64,000 nucleotides of DNA, from NCBI GenBank assembly GCA_907165135.1, contig OU015568.1, forward strand, positions 3,286,001 to 3,350,000, read 5' to 3'. This stretch comes from Oikopleura dioica (taxonomy: Eukaryota; Animalia; Chordata). A program made the position numbers and the translations under genes. The notes under the pieces are model-generated. The model worked only from the letters and a program-made list of their open reading frames with translations, ran no database searches and was not told the origin of the DNA. Below are positions 12,613 through 25,220 of the stretch, one piece after another. How positions within the stretch are numbered: position 1 is the first letter of the stretch; each line of letters begins with the position of its first letter.

Positions 12613-13348
12613 ATTCCACACTTGCCCGCTCCTCGTTTTTTAGTCAAAATACGATAATCACCTCTCGACTGTCACCTGACTGTTTCTTAGCCTTTCACAA
12701 ATTTTAAATTTTATTATTTTTCCCTTTGCCTTTTTGTGAACATAGTGTTTATTTTCTATCACGACTTACTGTAACTGTACTCGACTTGTAAGTTGACCAC
12801 TACAGAAAAACCTCCAATTCTTCTGAGATCCTTAGACATGTTCCGCCAAGCTTCAAAAAATATACGTTTGTTATTATAAAAGAACATCGAGAAAATGGCA
12901 ACCAATGTCGAGAGCCTTTTCAATTATTTCTTGGATTTTTATTAAATTTTGCAAGCAGGCATTTTGAAAAAAACATATAATAAAAATGCAAAATTGATAT
13001 TTTACAGTCGAACATTTCTTTCCGCAGCGAGATGTTACTTCACGTTATGCTTTTTCTCATTGTTATGAAGACCGAGAAATGGTAATGAAGAATTAATCTC
13101 CCGCATCAGTATAATATTTATTCGCTTGAGCATCCTAATCTTTCGCATTAAAGAAGAGCAAAAAATGCAGATTCGGTAAACATTCGTGTCAGAGGATAAT
13201 AGAGCATCAAGAAATTTTCGAAACAGCGGTTTCCCGATTTGGCGCCCTCGCCGCTAATGCATCCGAGACGCGCTGCGTTTTCATCGCGGCTCAACCCTTT
13301 TTCAACCTGATTTTTTACATTGAAGAAAAAATAGAGAAAACATAAACA

Positions 13349-14701
13349 ATGGTAAGAGTTTGAGAATAGCTTAGCTCCTAAATTAATTTAGAGACCTTAA
13401 TAACTCGGCGATTTCCCTTAAACTTTTAAGACTGTAACTCCCTTATTTCCCCCACAAGAAATCAATTGAAGTTCTATCATAGAACTTCTATGAGGCGTTA
13501 CTTTTTTTAGAAATTGATTGAACTATTGCCGAAAGCAGCTGAAATAGTAAAATATAGAAAGCGCGGCTTTTTAAATTGATTCGCTGGAAGCCGCAAGCGG
13601 CTTTTCGACTATGAGCATCAATTATAAGAAAAATTTCTTAAATTTCAATCTCATTTTTAATTAATTGCCAGCCCCTCATCTTTTTAAGAGAAGCTCCAGT
13701 GAGATCGCGAAGTGCAAAGTTCCTCAATTTCCGATCTCAGAAACCCCCGTGAAAACCGCTCTTGACATTAAAGAGCCCTGAGCTGACGGCTCATGAGCTG
13801 CAAATGAAAAAAGTCTGGAGAGCCACGTGATTAAATCCATTTTTTAGAAGTGTCCGGAATTGCCCGCCCGAGTACCCACACTTTTCAAATATTATTTTTC
13901 TTACTTTAGAATTCAAAACGATCGGAAGAATTGATTGAAGAAAATCAAGAACTAAAAATGGAACTGAAAAGCTCAAAAGCACTTTTATTCCATGTTTCTT
14001 TGCATTATCAATCGAGACTTTCGAAGATGGAAGAATTGATGAAAAATGAAATGGCATCACGTGATAAGCAACTGAGGGACCTCACGGCGTCCTTGTTATT
14101 GCTAGAATCGCAGCTTCAGAAAGAGAGGAAAAAGTCAGCGGAAAATAAAAGCACGATTCGAGCGCTGAAAATAGAGAACGCGAAATTAACAGAATTTGTT
14201 GAAGGAAGAAAAGGGTTCAAATAGTATGGGCTTGAATTGTCTTAGAAGCCACTCTGGGGTTCGAGAATATAAATATTAAAAGCCGCGCTTTGCGCGACTC
14301 TGCTTGGTTTTTACTCAAAGCCGCAAGCGGCTTCTCGATTTTATATAAATTGAACTCGGAAAAGACACGAAACAATCTACTCTGCCAACAAACCGTCCCC
14401 AATCTTTTCTTCCCGGCGAAAAATTCTGCCTTTTCGAAATTTTGAAAAGCAAAAAGTTCACGAAAACATTGACTTGGGCCGCCTGGAGCTTGAAAGAAGT
14501 CAAGTGCCAGCGAGAGAGCTGAATTTCGAAGCGCCAAAAACGCTCAATAAGCAGCGGCTGCGAAAACCAACTCCGAGGAGTGGATCCATTGGGTCCAACT
14601 CCTCGAGTTCGAGCTCTTCTGATGAACATTCAAACGATCATTTGATGAGCAGGATGCAAAAATGGAGCATAGAGGAGCTCGAGCATGGAATTACCATTTA
14701 A
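13349..14701 (+). CDS. Coiled-coil protein of unknown function (multi-exon)
   Basis: ATG|GTAAG micro first exon at 13349; heptad-rich exon ~13910-14210 (LIEENQELKMELKSSK...LESQLQKERKK); Ser-rich last exon to 14701. Confidence 0.45.
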
Positions 14702-15269
14702 CTTTTTATTATTTAATTTAACGTCTTTTTCTTTTTATTGAACATATTTTATTAACATAATGGCCCATTGAGAGCTCAAATAATTCTTCTTTTGTATATT
14801 TCTGCCGTTTGAAATTGCCCCAGAAGGATGTGCACTTACGTAAATGAAATAAGGGGTACCCATTATTACAGCCGAATTCCTTTAATTTCTCCTTTTTATA
14901 GGACTTTTTATTTTGTCTCTTAAAATTGCTGCTCTTTATCTCATCTTATATCTTATTGTTTTCCAAATTGCCTTACTAAACAATCATTTTTGTTTTATTT
15001 TAACTTTTATGATGGCGGCATGTCTTTCCTTTATTTGAAAGAAATTGTTGTTTTTGGGTTGTTTCAATTCATTTTGTAAAGTCTATTATTTAAGGAAAAG
15101 AGAAGAAAAGCTGAGGGGGGGGGTCCTTAAAGATCAACGCTCAACAAGAAATAATTATAATATTGAGTTTATTAATAGTAGCTTTTTGTACAAGCAGCTT
15201 ATTTTGATTAAAGAAGACAAAAAACACAGTAAGAATATATAATATGGCCATTTTCAGTCTGATCGGCAA

Positions 15270-16270
15270 TTAATTGTTCCAGGAAAGTTGAGCACAGCAA
15301 GATTGCGGTTGATGAAGATCAAGGTTGATTCGAAGGCTGTTTTCGCGATTCATGGGGATGCATTTTGAAGGATTTCGGCAAGGTGAAAAGTCGAGTTTTC
15401 TAAAAAAAAAAATTAGAAAAAATTCTCTTCCTTGATTTCAAAAATAAAGATTTCCTTTCAAATTTTCCTCTTTCACTGTACAAATAAATCATCCTTTTTC
15501 TAAAATAAACTTACAGAGCAATTTTCTTCTGCTGAGTATTATGCGTATTCGCAACACAGGAAAGTTCCTGACCAAGATTGATGCTCTGCATGCAGCAAAG
15601 GCGATCCTCAACTTTTGATTTTTGCTCATTTTCGAAATCGGCATAGAAAGAAATTGGGCACTTCGGCTTTGTGTTTTCGCAGAAGCTCGTTTCTAGCGAT
15701 TCTGAACAAGAATTATTAAAATGGCTTGATAGCTGAGAAATTTTACGTTTTGAGCAGGTAGAGAGAGCATCTTGCTTGTTAGGCGAACATTTGAGGATGT
15801 CCCATGTTTCGGGAACATCGGCGCCGGAGGAGGAGCACGAGACACAGTTGGCGCCACGCCCGTCACAGAGCTCGCCAAGATAACCATGGAGGATTGGACA
15901 GACGTACTTGTCGATAAAGAGATCGTAAGGGACACTAAGAGGCGATAATAAATAAGAGTTTCAGGTTTTTTCAAAAATACTTTTTCACTAACTGATTCTA
16001 AAAATGACCGAAAGTATGACTGAATTGATATTCTTCGGCTCACCTTATTTTCTCCGCTTGGCAGAGTCCCCCTCGTCGGGGATGTCTCCGTCGGCTTCTG
16101 CTCAGTAATCCAGCACTTGCTTCCTCCTTGATTGCAGATCGAAACTGATCGCGCTCGACTAAGAACGCCGCGTCCAAGGTTGCCATTTCTACCGCCCGTT
16201 GGAGTCTTTCCTGGATGCTTGATTGCGCGGAAACGATTGAGCCAAAGAGAAGAGCTAAGGAAGAGAACAT
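15270..16270 (-). CDS. Secreted cysteine-rich protein with putative furin site, 4 exons
   Basis: Signal peptide MFSSLALLFGSIVSA and an RSRRR processing motif, followed by Cys-rich exons (CPILHGYLGELCDGRGANCVSC...; ...QSCCAQLSWNN*) in compatible phases. Confidence 0.6.
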
Positions 16271-17495
16271 TTTGTTTGTGGATGAGTTTGTATTTTTTAT
16301 TGATGAATGAGAGTTGATCTTGTCTCACTTTTATATGCTTCATCGTTGCATGCTTGAGTGGGTAGTTTGCTGCCACCGCGATTAAATGCAATTATCAGCA
16401 GAAAGAAGAAAGAACGGTGTTTACAACTTAATTCATCAAAAAGTGCAGCAACTTAATTGCAAGATTATTTAATTGAGATGTTAAACCACCACTTATATCT
16501 AAAATTTCAGATGCATCCTTTCAATTATCTCTTCTTCAAGAGAAAAGTTGATCACGAGCTGTCTTTTGTTAGTCGGGTGCCGGCTAGAACACCTCTTGTT
16601 CAATCACTTTGATAGATAGAGGAGGAACAATTGCAATTTTGAGCTAACGAAAAAGGGGATGAAGTACGGAAGCGCAAAGAATGAATACCCCCTCTTTTAA
16701 ATAGTGCCACTTAGATCTCCCCCTTTTCCAAGAATGAGGAGATAAGGAAGTAGAAGGCAATCATTTGAAGTGTCCCTGCCGCTAAACCTCACCCTCTGGT
16801 AGACAGCTACGCCCGTGGGGACTCCCCAACGGCGACCCCTTCCTACCTTAGGTCCCCCGGATCCGTTCAAACGAGTTCCCGGGTCTCTTACTCCAAACAC
16901 CATCCCAGATTCTTGAGATATTCGATCCCCCTCTATGGAAACTTCTTATTCTTTGACAGAAACGATGACCTCATCTTCAACCTTTGTTTATTCATCCCTT
17001 TTCCGTCCGTTCAAAATTGGCGGCGGGAGAAGTTCGCGCCTGGGATGATACCTCACTTACTCTTCTCGCTCATCGAATTATGCCCTCAGTGCCCTCGAAT
17101 CAAGCCCTTTTGGTGTTTGAATATAAGGGTGACCCTTTAATTTATTCCAGAGCGGCGCTATCTTTCAGTTTTTTTATCGAATCTTGTTTACGATTTTCTA
17201 TTCAATTTTGGCACATCCGTTTTCGATTTTAATTGAGTCATAAAACAAAACGTATGGATTAACATCATTAAATCAAATTCTGGAAAACCTAGTCGAGAGA
17301 GAAATAACTTCAGAAAAGAGAGACAGAAAGTCTGAGACAGAAAAAAAATTTCAAAAAATAAATACCGTGCCATTGACAAATACGATTCTACGATTGAACG
17401 CGCCATTTTTTCAGTGCTTGTGCAAATTTGAAAATTATGGAATTATGATTTTTTGAATCAGAGAAGGAAGAAAAAAGAAAAACGCAGAAAAAAAA

Positions 17496-20400
17496 ATGGA
17501 AGAATTAAAGTTGATTGAGAGTGAGGCGAAAGTTGTTGGCTTGAATGGGAGAGAAGATACAATTATTAAAATGAACGAGAAAAGGTTAATTATTATTTCT
17601 TAGAGTACAGTTCTTAGTGAATGTAAAAGAATTGTCAATTTTTCAACTTCAGAGTTAAATTTTGGTCGAGAGGTATTTGTAAAGTCTATAGTACCTTTAA
17701 ATACATCTATAAAGGTCTCATAAACTTATCATCAAAGATAGCTGTTTCAGGGTATTTGATTATATATCCAAATTTTTATATTTGCTTTAGAAGGACTAAA
17801 ATTATGTTCATTCAGAAGGGCTGATAAGTTTTATATCATGGACTTTTATAAATGACGCTTCATACTTTGTACCATAAGTACAAAAACGAGGTGTCCGTCA
17901 GTCACCTTCAGTTTTTTCATATTTTGCATAATTTTATATTGCGGAAATTGATAAGTACTCTGATTTTTCTTACGAAGAGGGTAACATAGTTATAAATTAT
18001 TTGAGAGAAAACGGTCATCTACGCGCGCTTTTCTTACATAAGAAATTTATGACTTCGTAGACAAATATTTGAAATATCGACTTTTCTTGATATTTGCCCC
18101 CACTTGAACTTCGAAATTTGGACTTTTCCGAAAATGAGAATTTTCCCATTCTTATTAATTTATAATTATATCAATTTTGATCCTTTCTCTAAGCACTTAA
18201 TAATTGAGTCGATACATGTCAAGACATATGTTTCTTTTGATTCTAATTGCAAGCTTTGATGCAAATGCCGGCGTTGGTAATTATAAGGAAAACAGTGTTC
18301 GGCAAAGTGTGGTTCAAAAATAAAAGGAAATTGCCAAGTTTATCTTTACATTTAAAGATATTTATAGTAGTATAAATGGTATATGGTACATGAATAACTT
18401 TTGTAATAAATTAAATTTTTTTTGAAATCAACTTGGTTTTATTTCGGTGCTCAGTTTAATTTTTCTTGTCTATATATTTTATTATTGCAATGTCGAAAAA
18501 TTACCGATATACAGTTTTTTTCCTCTTTTGTGGACATTTTTTGTCCTGAATTTTCATGAAAATGTCCACAAAAGTGGACAAGAGTCTTCAAAAAAATGTC
18601 CCGCCGTAGGGCCTAAAAATTTTTTCTTCGATTAATTTTTCTTCAAAAAATGGCAAATTTCATCATCGAAACGCCTCTTTTTTGCTTGTTTTACCATTTT
18701 TAGTCAATTAAACTGTATAAGCCATTGATTTTTTATAAAAACATCCTGATTTAAGAAAAAAAATTACACAAATTCTTCCTTTTAAATTTTCTCGGCTGGA
18801 CAAATGTCCACAAAAGTGGAACATCATCTTTCTAAAAGTGTCCCACAGAAACCCCTTAAAATGAAGAAAATGTCCACAAAATTGGGGTCCACAAAAGAGG
18901 AAACAAACTGTATAAAAGTAGATTAGCTCTTTCATTCCGTTTTTAGTGTGACGAGCTCATGTTCTCTCGCTTGGGAGAATCTGAAAGTACAGACGAAAAA
19001 AGGTCTCCCGATTCTGAAAGATTTGACTGGAGAACTCCCGGCAGGAAGCTTGACCGCCATCCTTGGCAGATCCGGGTGCGGGAAAACGACGTTGATGAAT
19101 GTTCTTACTTGCAACAATCACGACTTGGAGGCGACAGGGAATATTTACCTAAATCGAGTGCCGGTGGGGTCGGCGATTTCGAATGTGTCGGCTTATGTGA
19201 GGCAGGAAGACTTGTTTGTTGGGGAATTGACGGTGTTGGAACACTTGAATTTTCGAGCGAGGATTCAGTTTTCCGATTTGGAGCAGGAAGAAAGGGATAG
19301 GAGGATACAGAAAAGTAAGAGAAAAATATGTTTTGTCAAGATTCGAACTCGTGACCTTTGAATGCTAGCTTCTTTTCTTAGGTCTGCGGGACTTTGAGCT
19401 GAAGGAAGTGGAGCACACGCAAATCGGGATTCCGGATTTGAAAAAGACTCTTTCGGGTGGAGAACGAAAAAGATTGAGTCTCGCATCAGAGATTCTATCA
19501 GATCCAAAGATTCTCTTCTGCGATGAACCGACGACAGGATTGGACTCGACGATGGCGATGAAGGTGATCGAGGTGTTGGTGAATCTGTCCAAGAAGGGGA
19601 TGACGATAGTGTGCTCAATACATCAACCCTCTTCGAAAATTATTTCAATGTTTAGTCATCTGATTTTGATGGCGAAAGGAATGGTTCTCAAGCAAAAATG
19701 ATGTTTTTTTGTTCCATCCGACATCCATCGGTTAAATTTTAACGCTTTTTACGGATGAGAATCAAGAAAAGGCGAGTTTGCGTATTTTGGAAAATATGTC
19801 GACTCAATTTCTTTTGTGGAAAAGTTGAACCGCCCGGTACCGCCCTTATACAATCCGGCTGATCACTTTTTAGGTGAGTTATGTATAAAAAGGCACGATA
19901 ATTTGTCAATTATGCTTCGATAGTTGGTTTTCATCTCACCAATTTCATGGCCAAATTTAGTTTTAATAACGACTTAATTTCTATTTTTTTTTATTATTCA
20001 TTATTTTTGATTATTTTGATCTCCTCAGTTATTCTATTTCAGTATTTAATTCCTATTTTAGATATCCTCGATCCAAACAATGCTGAAAATGAAGATTTCA
20101 TTTCCTCAGCTGTAGATCTTCAAAGATCAAAAATTAAACTGTCAATCAAAAATGACGAGAAATTAGACAATCTAGGAAACGGTCAGCTAAACATTCATTT
20201 GCTCAGAGGCTTTTCTGATGGTTCACCTTCGCTAAGACTATTTAAATTTACGGCCAATCAACGAAGTCGGCCGCATATCTCAAACTTGTATTTTAATTCG
20301 TCGCCAACTGGCTCGTATGATCCGGGACCCGCTCGCCGTCAAGGCCAAGCTTTGCGAATGTATCTTCATCGCGATTTGGTATGGAATGCTTTACTGGCGT

Positions 20401-22224
20401 AGGGACAATGCCTGGTCCAATGAGACATTTCAATATTCTTGGGCGCAGATTAGAGATGTAAATGTAAGTCTTCCTTGATTTCAAAAGTTATTCCCTTAAT
20501 AGAATTATTCATCGCTCCACGCTAAAATTAAGGGATCCCTGCTTGTTTCGCTTCTTTTCGTGTCAATTTTATTCATGGTCATGGTCGCCCTCCGATTCAT
20601 GGTCCAGTGGCCACTTCTTCAACGAGAAGTTTCCGACAAAATCTATAGGTTGTCTTTCCTCCTCCCATTTTTCTCAAACCATTAAGGTTTTCATCATTTT
20701 TCATCGCCGACAACATCGTTACTTCTTTCTTCGCAATCGTGCTTCCCTTTCTGTATTCAATCATCGCCTATCCGCTTTTCGGCCTTCAGAAGTCTTTCAT
20801 GAAATGGCTGACTTTCTACTTCGTCTTGGTTTTGGAAAGTCATGTTTGTCTTGGAGTTGGATACTGTGTAAGGTAATTATCTTTCTGGTTGCGCTGAATT
20901 CTCGAGAAAAGATATCAAGGAGCTCAAATGAATGCAAAATAAATAAATAATATAAAGGAAGATCTTACCGGCAAGAATTTACAAGTGCAATTTTCCTGCA
21001 GTTTGTCTAAAAATATCAAAGAAACCAAATTAAAGAAATGTATATTATTTTACATTTACATACAAATGTAAGAATTTCTACATTTGTTTTCTTTGATGCC
21101 TAAATCTTAAAAATAACATATATTTTTTTGTGCTGAAGTCGAGGAACGCATATCACGTGATCAATTTGATTCGGCTCGATGATCATTTTTTACAAGAAAC
21201 TTAAATTTACCGGGCTTATAACAATATTGACTATTTAATATAGTCTATATTTTATGCCATTGCCAATGGCCCATTGGTCATTTATACTGTAATATATCGT
21301 ACTCATATCGACATTTTTGCCTAGGATTGAAGAGAAGGATCAACATTCATTTCTTCTTACCATATTTCAAATATGTAGAAAAACTCATAAAAATTCTAGC
21401 TCCTTTTCGCCAAACATCGACTTCACCATTGCCCTCCTCCCCGCCGCCATCGTCCCTTTGATCGTCTTTTGCGGCTATCTTTTGGATACATCAGCAACTC
21501 CACCATATGCCGGCTTTCTGAAGCACTTGTCCTGGTACGGGTAAAGGTTCTAAATTTAACAACTTAATTATTGGAAATAAATTGGAATCCATCTCAAAAA
21601 CAATTAAATGCACAAAATCGATCGTTGTTTCTCTCTTTTAATTGGATGATATAACATTGCTCGAACAAAGCGTTTAAAAGTGTTTACAAAGTTATTCTGA
21701 CAAACCTTTATGGCTTTCTTCAAAAAGAACAGTTTTCTTTGAACCTTTGAATCGGCTATTGCAACGAGTTGCTGCAGATCAATCAATGGGACGGGCTGGA
21801 AATCGACGAGCTCTGCCACCAACGACCGAGCAATGCTACTTCTTACATGCGAATCGAGTTCAAGTACAAAGGATTTATCGATGCCAAACTTGAAGGTAAC
21901 GAAATCGAGCTGTACGGAACCCGCATTTTGCTGTTTAGATCATGAGATTTGTCAAGTAAGGTATCCAAAAGGCGGGACAAGTGTCATCACAGAAATGGGA
22001 TTCGATGCAGCTAACTGGACAAAGGATATTCTAGTGCTTCTAGGAACTGGTTTAATAGCGATTGTTTTTAATAACCGTTCGGATTTTGGAAACCAAAATG
22101 AGTGCTTTCTTTCGTTTCCCGACTGATAGCCTTTGCCATCTTCAATTTCCGCCTAAACAAGCTGAAACGAAAAGTTGTTATGCATGGAACCTGCACGCCG
22201 AAAAAGATTTCCCCACTGCGATAA
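17496..22224 (+). CDS. ABC transporter, White/ABCG half-transporter
   Basis: Exon 1 (17496-17584) joins in phase to 18947. Walker A GRSGCGKTT, signature LSGGERKR, DEPTTGLD, SIHQPS and YNPADH motifs, C-terminal TM domain; stop at 22224. Confidence 0.92.
18520..18900. repeat. Intronic repeat with reiterated TGTCCACAAAA/TTTGTGGACA motifs
   Basis: At least five GTCCACA motifs in both orientations, including the palindrome TGTCCACAAAAGTGGACA, within ABCG intron 1. Confidence 0.5.
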
Positions 22225-22399
22225 AACCGAATAAAGCCTAAACCCTTTTGAAAGTAATATATTCGTCAAGTCATTTTAAAATCACGCGTAGCTGGCGCGT
22301 TCCCAGCCGAAATTTCACAGTGCAGGCCACCGAGGAAATCGCCCCGAAATCATGCGGTCGCAGTCGCAAAAAAAAGCGAAGAAGGAGGAGAAACCGAGC

Positions 22400-22925
22400 T
22401 AATGGACATACATGTCAAAAATAAAAAGCACTTGAAGAATATTCTTCAATTCTTCTCAATCCTTTTCGATTTACGTAAAGAATTCTAAGGATATCATGAT
22501 TTTATCCCTCTTCTCGGAGAGTTATAAATCTGAGTCAAGCATAGTGGTTCTAGTCTATTCTCGTGGAAATCATAATACTAGAAATTATCTGTTAGCGGTA
22601 GTCTTAGTTTTGTCTGGTCTAAAAAGTCAATACTGAAACAATTTTTCCGATCAACTTTATTTATTCAATTTATATTTATTGAAAGTTTAAAATTTTGACG
22701 TGTAAAAGGTAGAATTTACCCCAAAAACAATATCTAAGATATATTATATCTTAAAATAATAAAGGCTCAGTCTAGTCTTGTCGACTCTTTTTCAATTCAA
22801 ATTTATCTAGTCTTTCCACTCAAATTGAATATAGTCTTAGATTTTAGTCTAAGATAAAGTCTTAGACAAGACTAAACTAAGACTTTTAAATTTGAAATTA
22901 GATCGAACAAGTTATGTCCATTTAG
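22400..22925. mobile_element. Degenerate MITE-like element with TAGTCT/AGACTA motifs
   Basis: Imperfect terminal IR (AATGGACATA...TATGTCCATT) around many TAGTCTTAG/CTAAGAC motifs; no clear TSD. Confidence 0.35.
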
Positions 22926-23774
22926 TTTCCATTCTTTGTGTTATCATTTCTAATAGAGGTTCTATCATCTTTGGATTATTCAACCTGATATCCGATTCTC
23001 CACATTATTGTATCCTTGGTGTGAGAAAGCGAATGCGCGTGGTGCCAGCTTAGCGGCATGGCGGTGCGACTCGTCGCGTTTTTTTTGTCTTGTCAAGTCA
23101 AAATTCGTTTCGCTTTCTAGCGCCCCCTGAGTGCTCTTCCGGCACTTCTCCTTCCAAAAATTCCAACAAAAAAATCTCCTCATTACTGATTTTAATCTTT
23201 CCTAATTGGATTACTTTCTAATAAATTCAAAACAAGAGAAAAAAAAAACGCAAAAAACAGGATTTGAGATCGAGATACTGCATTTGGAACTGAATGATGA
23301 TTTAGACGAGAAAATCCGTTGGTTCCCTTTGCATTCTCTCGCCAAGTCCAAAGACGACTGTATGAGAATAAAATAATTGTAGATCGGAGGTGATGATTCG
23401 ACGGTTGCTCGAGTAAAATATTCAATTATCAAATATGAAATTGAAAATTTTAATCAAGATTTTCTTTGTCCCGGTGAATTTCCGCTTGAAACTATTCGAC
23501 TGAAAATGAACATCGATAAAATTGGGATATGAAAAAAATTCTTCTTCTGTTTGAGTTGCTTTAGCTTTAAAGATTAATAAAGCTTGTGACAATAATTTTT
23601 GCCTAGGCTGGAAGAGTTAATACTGTAATCTCATTCTGATTTCGACCACAAATTATGATTTTCAGTTGAAATGAATTTTATTGTTCTATTGTACCAAGGG
23701 AAAAGACCCACAAGATTAACTTCGTTTTGCCGAGTTCAAAAGTAAAAAAAAATAGAGAAAAAATCTTCGTAAAA

Positions 23775-24008
23775 ATGGGTGAATTTAACATTGCCATAAT
23801 AGGTAATTACAATATAATTTAAATAAAAACCTCGCAACCACAAAGATACGAATTTTAATTAGGCTATGTTGCGGTTGCAGCTTTATTCCTTCTTTTCTGT
23901 TTTTGCTGTTGTTGTTCTAATCGTTGCCGTGCTGGTGGAGGCGGATGGTTTGGTGGAGACGGTGGAGATGGGGGAGGCGGAGACGGTGGATGCGATGGCG
24001 GTGGTTAA
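23775..24008 (+). CDS. Single-TM microprotein with Cys cluster and Gly/Asp-rich tail
   Basis: Exons 23775-23802 and 23863-24008 (GT-AG, phase 1): MGEFNIAIIGYVAVAALFLLFCFCCCCSNRCRAGGGGWFGGDGGDGGGGDGGCDGGG*. A similar GDCGGGGD* segment follows at 24068-24095. Confidence 0.6.
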
Positions 24009-24220
24009 GGGTATCAATTCATAAATAAATAATTCTTATTTTTAACAAAATTAATACCACTTAATAGTGGCGATTGTGGCGGTGGTGGCGACTAAATTGT
24101 CTGTTTAATTTCATTAGTAGTGCTGTTTTCGTTTCAAATAAAAAATATAATTTCTTCCCCACAGTAAAATAATAAATAACAATTGAACATTCTTAATTGA
24201 AATTGTTCTTTGAATCATTG

Positions 24221-24427
24221 TGTTAGGTCAGCAAGAAGCCGTTATGATCTGATAAGGATCGAGGCGCCGCCGCTGTTTTTGCACTGCACTCAGTTCTATC
24301 TAACTCAACTTGAAATACACACCTATTTCCAGTTATACTCGAAGATTATTCTAGAGAGCCGCAGGATCTATTAGAGAAGCAACGATACTTAGTGTAGTGG
24401 GAATCAGGAGCTATTCCTGACCTATCA
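24221..24427 (+). repeat. 5' LTR
   Basis: Matches 30792-30998 and 39987-40193 with no differences seen on reading. Confidence 0.97.
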
Positions 24428-25220
24428 ACTGGTGAACAAAAGTTTGCAAACCTCGACTCTTCACTGGAATCATCGAACTACTGGTTCCGACCGGTAACAC
24501 ATCCTCAGATCGCCTTTCCTACCACTCGGCCAGGCCGATCGACTGGGAGATTCTTGAGCTTGGACGTCCGTTGGGTTCATTTGGCTACAGTTAGCAGTTC
24601 TGCGCACGCCACTCGAAAGCCCCTAAAAGTAAAATAAAGCCTGACCAGCTTATTTTACGGGGTCACCGCAGACTTCCGGCCATCTACAACCGCTCAACTC
24701 GACGCTCTTGGACCATTTGAACTACTGGTGCTTCGTTCTTTGCCGCAGATCGTGAACTCGAACGCCTGCATTTGCTCCTCAAAGTAAAATTAAAGCCTGA
24801 CCAGCTTATTTTACGGGGTCAACGCAGGTACACGAACCTTTTTCGCTGATACTGCCCCGCAAGTTAAGCCGACCACGTACATTCTTCTGGACCACCTCTA
24901 GAATTTGACGACTTGTAACTCCTCCGTGGCGCTCTTCGCTACATTTGCTCATCAAATTACCCCTAGATAAGGATTTTAAGTTCTCCAAAACTTAAAATCC
25001 GGGGTAATCGCAGGTAGAAAAGTCGGTTAGCAGTGACCTCGCTCCAACTTTAGCCGCCACCCGAACAACAAGTCTCCGCTGCCGTTGCTGATCCCGATCA
25101 ACTTCATCGCACGATCTCAACGAGCACTCCCGCCACCTCCGAACGGACTCTGAAAAGGGTTCAACAACTGAATCTTGGACTGACTGACCTCGCTGCGCCG
25201 CGCACCTCCCACCAGCAGCG

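Noticed and set aside
16690-17140. GC-richer intergenic stretch as gene or retroelement fragment
   Set aside because: No recognisable motif, splice structure or terminal repeats; cannot be supported.
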